Below are positions 59,240 through 64,000 of a DNA stretch of 64,000 nt, one piece after another. How positions within the stretch are numbered: the stretch's first letter is position 1; each line of letters opens with the position of its first letter. A model generated the notes under the pieces. It did no database searches, was not told the DNA's origin, and saw only the letters and a program-made list of their open reading frames with translations. The DNA is from the human T2T-CHM13v2.0 reference genome, Homo sapiens: NCBI RefSeq assembly GCF_009914755.1, contig NC_060930.1; one strand, 5' to 3'. The position numbers were made by a program, and so were the translations under genes.

Positions 59240-59974
59240 CCCTACCATTCTTCCCATTTATTAAAAGGTCTCCCTGCCATATATGACTTAACCATCTTAC
59301 ACTGAACTACACTCTCATTCACCCCCTTCCTAAAGGGGATAATCCAATCAATCATATCTAGCAACTGAATCCTAAAATGTCATCAATGGGCCCCTCTTCT
59401 CAAAGTGAATGATCCCCAGAATAGTCCATCTTTTCTGTAGATTAGGCTTCATTTTGTTCAGAAAAATAGCTTTCTCTTTTTATTCTGCAACATAATGATT
59501 GAATGGTAAAATTAGAAAGTTATCAGTAAAACCACAAACATTCCCACTCAAAAAATGATTACAAGAAGCAAAAATCTTCACAGCAACATCATACATTGGT
59601 TACCAGACCAGAGAATATATTGCATCCTGCAAGACAAGGATTGCAAGAAAGGTGAAGAGTAGGATAAATAGGTTTTATGGGCTTCCATTATTGTTGGGAT
59701 GGGTTCCTTCCTAAATCAAGTACTTCACTACAATATAATGCAAATAAAGTGAACCTCTCTGCATGCTGCCTTGACTGACTCAGCCAACCAGTTTCATATT
59801 CTTTACATAGCTTTGTTAACTGTAGCTCTCTCTATTGATGCAATTTCTCTCTTAGTCGAGATCCTTTTGGTTGTGAGTAAAAACATACACAGATACAAAA
59901 CCACAGACTTTAAGTTAGCTTAAGGAAAAAATATGTTGGGAGGAGTTTACTGGAAGGGTTCCAGGATACATTAA

Positions 59975-60860
59975 TTCATAACAAATGACCCCAAAACTTA
60001 ATGGCATAAAATGGCACTCTTTATTTAAGTCAGTTTTGGAGATTATCTGGGTAGTTTTCTCTTTATTTAAGTCAATTTTGGAGATTGTCTGGGTAGTTTT
60101 CTCTGCTGAGATTTTTCCTGCCTCTGCATGAGCTGGCAGGTCAGTTACAAGCCAGATGATCTACTGTGTTCTCACATTTCTAAGGGTCGGCAGGCTGTCA
60201 GCTAGTGCAAAGGAATCAGTGGTTAGAAGGGACTAGGCCATGTGGCTCTCAACATCCGGGATGCTACACTAGGCATCTTCACAGGGTTCCTAAAAGTACA
60301 GTGAAGAAAGCAGCAAAGTCCTTGAGACTCAAACTCAAAACTCACATGATTCCATTTCTGTCACATTCTATTAGTCAAAATAATTCATAAGGTCAGCCCA
60401 GACTCAAGGAACAGAAAACAGATTGTATTAGTCTGTTCTCACATTGCTATAAAGAACTACCTGAGACTGGGTAATATATAAAGAAAAGATGCTTGATTGA
60501 CTCACAGTTCCATAGTCTGTACAGAAAGATTGGCTGGGGAGTCCTCAGGAAACTTGCAATTATAGCAGAAGCAAAGGGGAAACAGGCACATCTTACATGG
60601 CTGGAGAAAAAGCAAGAAAGTGAAGGGGGAGGTGCTGCACACTTAAACAACCAGATCTCGTGAGAACTCACTCACTACCATGAGAACAGCAGAGGGAAAT
60701 CCACCCCCATGATTCAATTACCTCCAACAAAGCCCCTCCTCCAACATTGGGAATTACAATTCAATATGAGATTTGGGTGGGGACACAAATACAAACCATA
60801 TCATAGATTCACCTCTTGATGGCAGGAGCTGTAGTAGGGACATTTTTGCAGTCTACAACA
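59975..60860 (-). mobile_element. Old MLT1-type LTR interrupted by MSTA
   Basis: aacaaatgaccccaaaacttaatggc...cacattctattagtcaaa...ttcacctcttgatggcaggagctg. Confidence 0.6.
60424..60803 (-). mobile_element. MSTA-like MaLR solo LTR
   Basis: tgtattagtctgttctcacattgctataaagaactacctgagactggg ... gtggggacacaaatacaaaccatatca; 5-bp TSD cagat/tagat. Confidence 0.88.
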
Positions 60861-62214
60861 AGGGATATTATGAAGAAGTCAAAGATAATTTGTATAGCCA
60901 GACACCACAAGGGGCTAGAACTGTGAACTGTAAAGCTGGCAGAGCCTGAGATATTTCCATTTTTATTCAGGCTGTCTGTCTGCCTCTCATCATATGGCCT
61001 CTTACTCTGCTTCTCTCACTAAGACATCTTACTTTATTCAATTACTTTATTCAACTTACTTTATTCAAGGTATGTATATAAGACCCTAGAGGCCTGCCCC
61101 ACAAATCCCCAGTGTGCATGTCTTCAGTTCAAGTGATCTGCTCAGACAGCTGAATAGTATCTCTTAGCACCAATTTCAATTCCCAAAACAGAGGATTTGA
61201 TTGTCCCAGATTTGGGGCAGTGATTCATCCCAATTCATCCACTATTTCTGGATGGGGAGCCACAGAATAGATACGTGGTTACTGTGAGGCCCCTCTGCAG
61301 AAGAGAGCGGTGTGGGACCCTTCTCAGAGGATGAGAGACTCAGGAGATGCTTTCTATCACAGAATGTAATGGCAAAGCCCGTATGCCCTGAAAAATTCAA
61401 CTCTCCAAATGAAGTCAGTATTCTGTTACCAAGTCAGTGCCAGGAAAATGCAAGAAAAATTGAAAACAAGCTTGTCATTTTCTTCTATTTTTTTCTGAGT
61501 CTGAAGTGCCCGTAGATACTCTTAATTCTTCTAGAAAGCTTGAAAGCAATATTTAATGGAAGTCAAATTTGGTCTGCAGCAGATTTCTTTCTCATTTGAT
61601 TTTCTCCTTCTTATCTTGGAAACAACCTCTAATGAGAGAAATATTCCAGAGCACCATCTCAAGATGTATCTGGGAAAAGAACCCATTGTACCCCAGAGCA
61701 AATCGACCCTCTGCTCCCTGACAATATGCTTGGTTTTCAACAGCTTCCCTGATCCCAGTTCTTATGACTTTACCACACTTTTCTACACTTCCCAGAGGTT
61801 CAGCAAGGCTTCCGTCTCCCTGCCGGTCTTGTCAGGGCAATCTCTTCACTGGCACCATGGCTTATTTTCTACAGAACCATTGAAAGCAGACATGGTTCCC
61901 ATGCAGATTATCTTCCCATTTGCACTTACCAATCATGTGAACTCAGGCAGGTCCACCTCCCTGTCAGCTTGTCTCCTGCAAAATTTAGACTTCATGTATT
62001 TTCTGTCACTGCTATTCTGTATGTTTGTTATCAGATCAAATGAGACGCCTGCATGCGGTAGCACCTTAAAAACGTTAGAATGCTCTGTACATGTAGAGAA
62101 ATGGAACTTCTCTCACAGATACTTGATAGTGAGATAAAGTGGCACGGGTCATTTCATGTCCAGTGTCATCATACAGATGTAAAATCCCACCTTGGAAATG
62201 TAGGTGACCACATG

Positions 62215-62374
62215 TAGAATTTTACCTCTGCCTGCTCATGAGACCCTGTGCAAAGGACTCAGCTAAGTCATGCTCAGGCTTCTGATCCACAGAAGCTGTG
62301 AGATAATAAATTTATGTTGTTTAAAGCTGCTAAATTTGTGGTAATTTGTTACACAGCAATAGACAACTAATACA
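62215..62374 (+). mobile_element. MLT1D/E-like LTR 3' part
   Basis: cagctaagtcatgctc..ccacagaagctgtgagataataaa..gttacacagcaatagacaactaataca. Confidence 0.7.
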
Positions 62375-62579
62375 GTGTTCAATCTCAAATGTAAAATAAC
62401 ATTTTACATAACAGAATGCTATGTGTAGGCTTGAGTGAGTGAGAGAGAGTGTGTGTGTGTGTATGTATGTGTGTTCCAAAGGAAACGTATTTTAAAATGA
62501 AATACATTTTAACATATGGTTTTCAAAAAGCTGAGAAACTGATGATAAATTTACACTTGTTGCTGCAACATCTCAATAT

Positions 62580-63443
62580 TGTAAACCAAAAATAAAATTC
62601 TAAGACCCCCCCAACCAATTGACTGAAACCCCCTCTCAGTCAAGGGCATTCCAAAGTAAACCTGAAAAACTAGTTCAGGCCATGATGGGAATGGGGGATT
62701 AGACACACCTCATTATACCCTTCTCTCTTTGGAATTGGGGCACAATGGACCAGCATTAACACTACAACAGAGATCTCAAGACTGACCAAAGAGATTCTTT
62801 GTGGCAATAAGGTATATCACAAAATCATAGATAGCAGGCCCTAAAAGAAATAGAAAGTATTTTACCCTGAAATATATTTCTTTGATGTATTTTAAAATGG
62901 CCCTGCAAAGCTGTCTCTTGTGGGAGAAATCTACATTCTATAAAGAATCCTCTTCCCTTTCCAGGTCTTTTTCTGATCCCAGAAAGACTAACTAAAAGTC
63001 TGGAACCTTTAAAAGTCTGATAAGAAATATTTACCATCTAATCTCTCTGAAGCCTGCTACTTGGAGGATTCATCTGCATAATAAGAACCCTGGTCTCCAC
63101 AACCCCTTATCTTCATTCAGACATTCCTTTCTATATTGATTCCAGTTCTTTAGATAATAACTTAACACTTTCAACCAATTGCCAATCAGAAAATCTTTAA
63201 ATCCACCTATAACTGGAAGCTGCCCTGCCACCATCACTGCTTTGAGTTGTTCTGCCTTTCTGGACCAAACCAATGTACACCTTATATGTATCAATTGATG
63301 TCTGCTTGTAACTTCTGACCCCCTAAAATGTATAAGACCAAGCTGTAACCCAACCATCTGCGTACATGTTCTCCGACCCTCCTGAAGCTGTGTCATTGGC
63401 ATGCCCTTATTCTTGACAAAATAAACTTCTAAATTGATTGAGA
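62580..63443 (+). mobile_element. MER4-group ERV1 LTR (MER4D-like), 3' end replaced by A-rich tail
   Basis: tgtaaaccaaaaataaaattctaag...aaactagttcaggccatgatggg...aaataaacttctaaattgattgaga then A-run. Confidence 0.8.
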
Positions 63444-64000
63444 AAAAAAATTTAAAAAAATAAAAACCTGATTTTCTTGGTCAGAGCTGGGCTACTACTT
63501 GCTTGCCATATGATCTTGCACACATTATTTATGGAGTTTTTTATGTTTCACTTTCTGTTTTTTAAATAAGAACAACTCCACTAACTTCAGAGTCTTATGA
63601 GAATAAAATGATAAAAGGTATGTGAATATGCTTAGCATACTATTTGGCCATGCTAGAAGACTATAAGGTTAGGTTTTGTTTATTTGTTTGTTTGCTCCTT
63701 TCTTGGTGTTCACTGGGTTCAATGGCTAAGTTCTATTACATGTTAACCTTGTCGTTTAGTATAGAAAACAATGTGAGATTTAGCATGATTATTGAAACAG
63801 CAAATCTTCAGAAATCCAACAAACCTATGGCACTCAAACAGCTTAGTAAAACCTACCCAACAAAATTTAAGAAGTCTTGGAAGCAGATGGTTTGGGGCAT
63901 CTAGGCTCCAGCCCAGGGGCATTTTTGCTGGCATTTGTGAGACTTTTCAAAAACAATAAGCAGTCAACATTGTTCAAGGCTCATTTTTTCCCTGCCTTCT

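Noticed and set aside
61556-62137. 193-aa ORF
   Set aside because: No recognisable domain, runs into a MIR-like remnant, no exon context; likely chance.

Overview
Human/hominoid genomic DNA, dominated by retroelements; no prokaryotic or CRISPR features. The only real gene signal is a CpG-island promoter with a non-coding first exon (~44245-44540, +). I recognise it from memory as the 5' leader of HTR1E (serotonin receptor 1E); the rest of the window is intron 1 and the coding exon lies outside it. The most unusual structure is at 1-10457, a same-strand mosaic with no internal poly(A) or TSD: old L1PB-like piece / young L1PA piece / old L1PB-like piece / spliced ST13 5' end / spliced TEC 5' end / 33-nt linker / full-length L1PA3-like element with poly(A). 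The ST13 and TEC parts are joined in frame in an open 204-codon ORF. I interpret this as a spliced 5' transduction from an L1 in TEC, extended by serial template switches in one retrotransposition event. Other notable items: a second full-length L1 (L1PA4-like) that retains the ~129-bp ZNF93-site segment the first lacks, a likely exonised antisense Alu in the HTR1E 5'UTR with an inverted Alu partner, a 36-bp inverted repeat, a fold-back Alu, and a MER4 LTR ending in an A-tail. Gene identities and repeat subfamilies are by eye and recall, not database searches; repeat boundaries are approximate.
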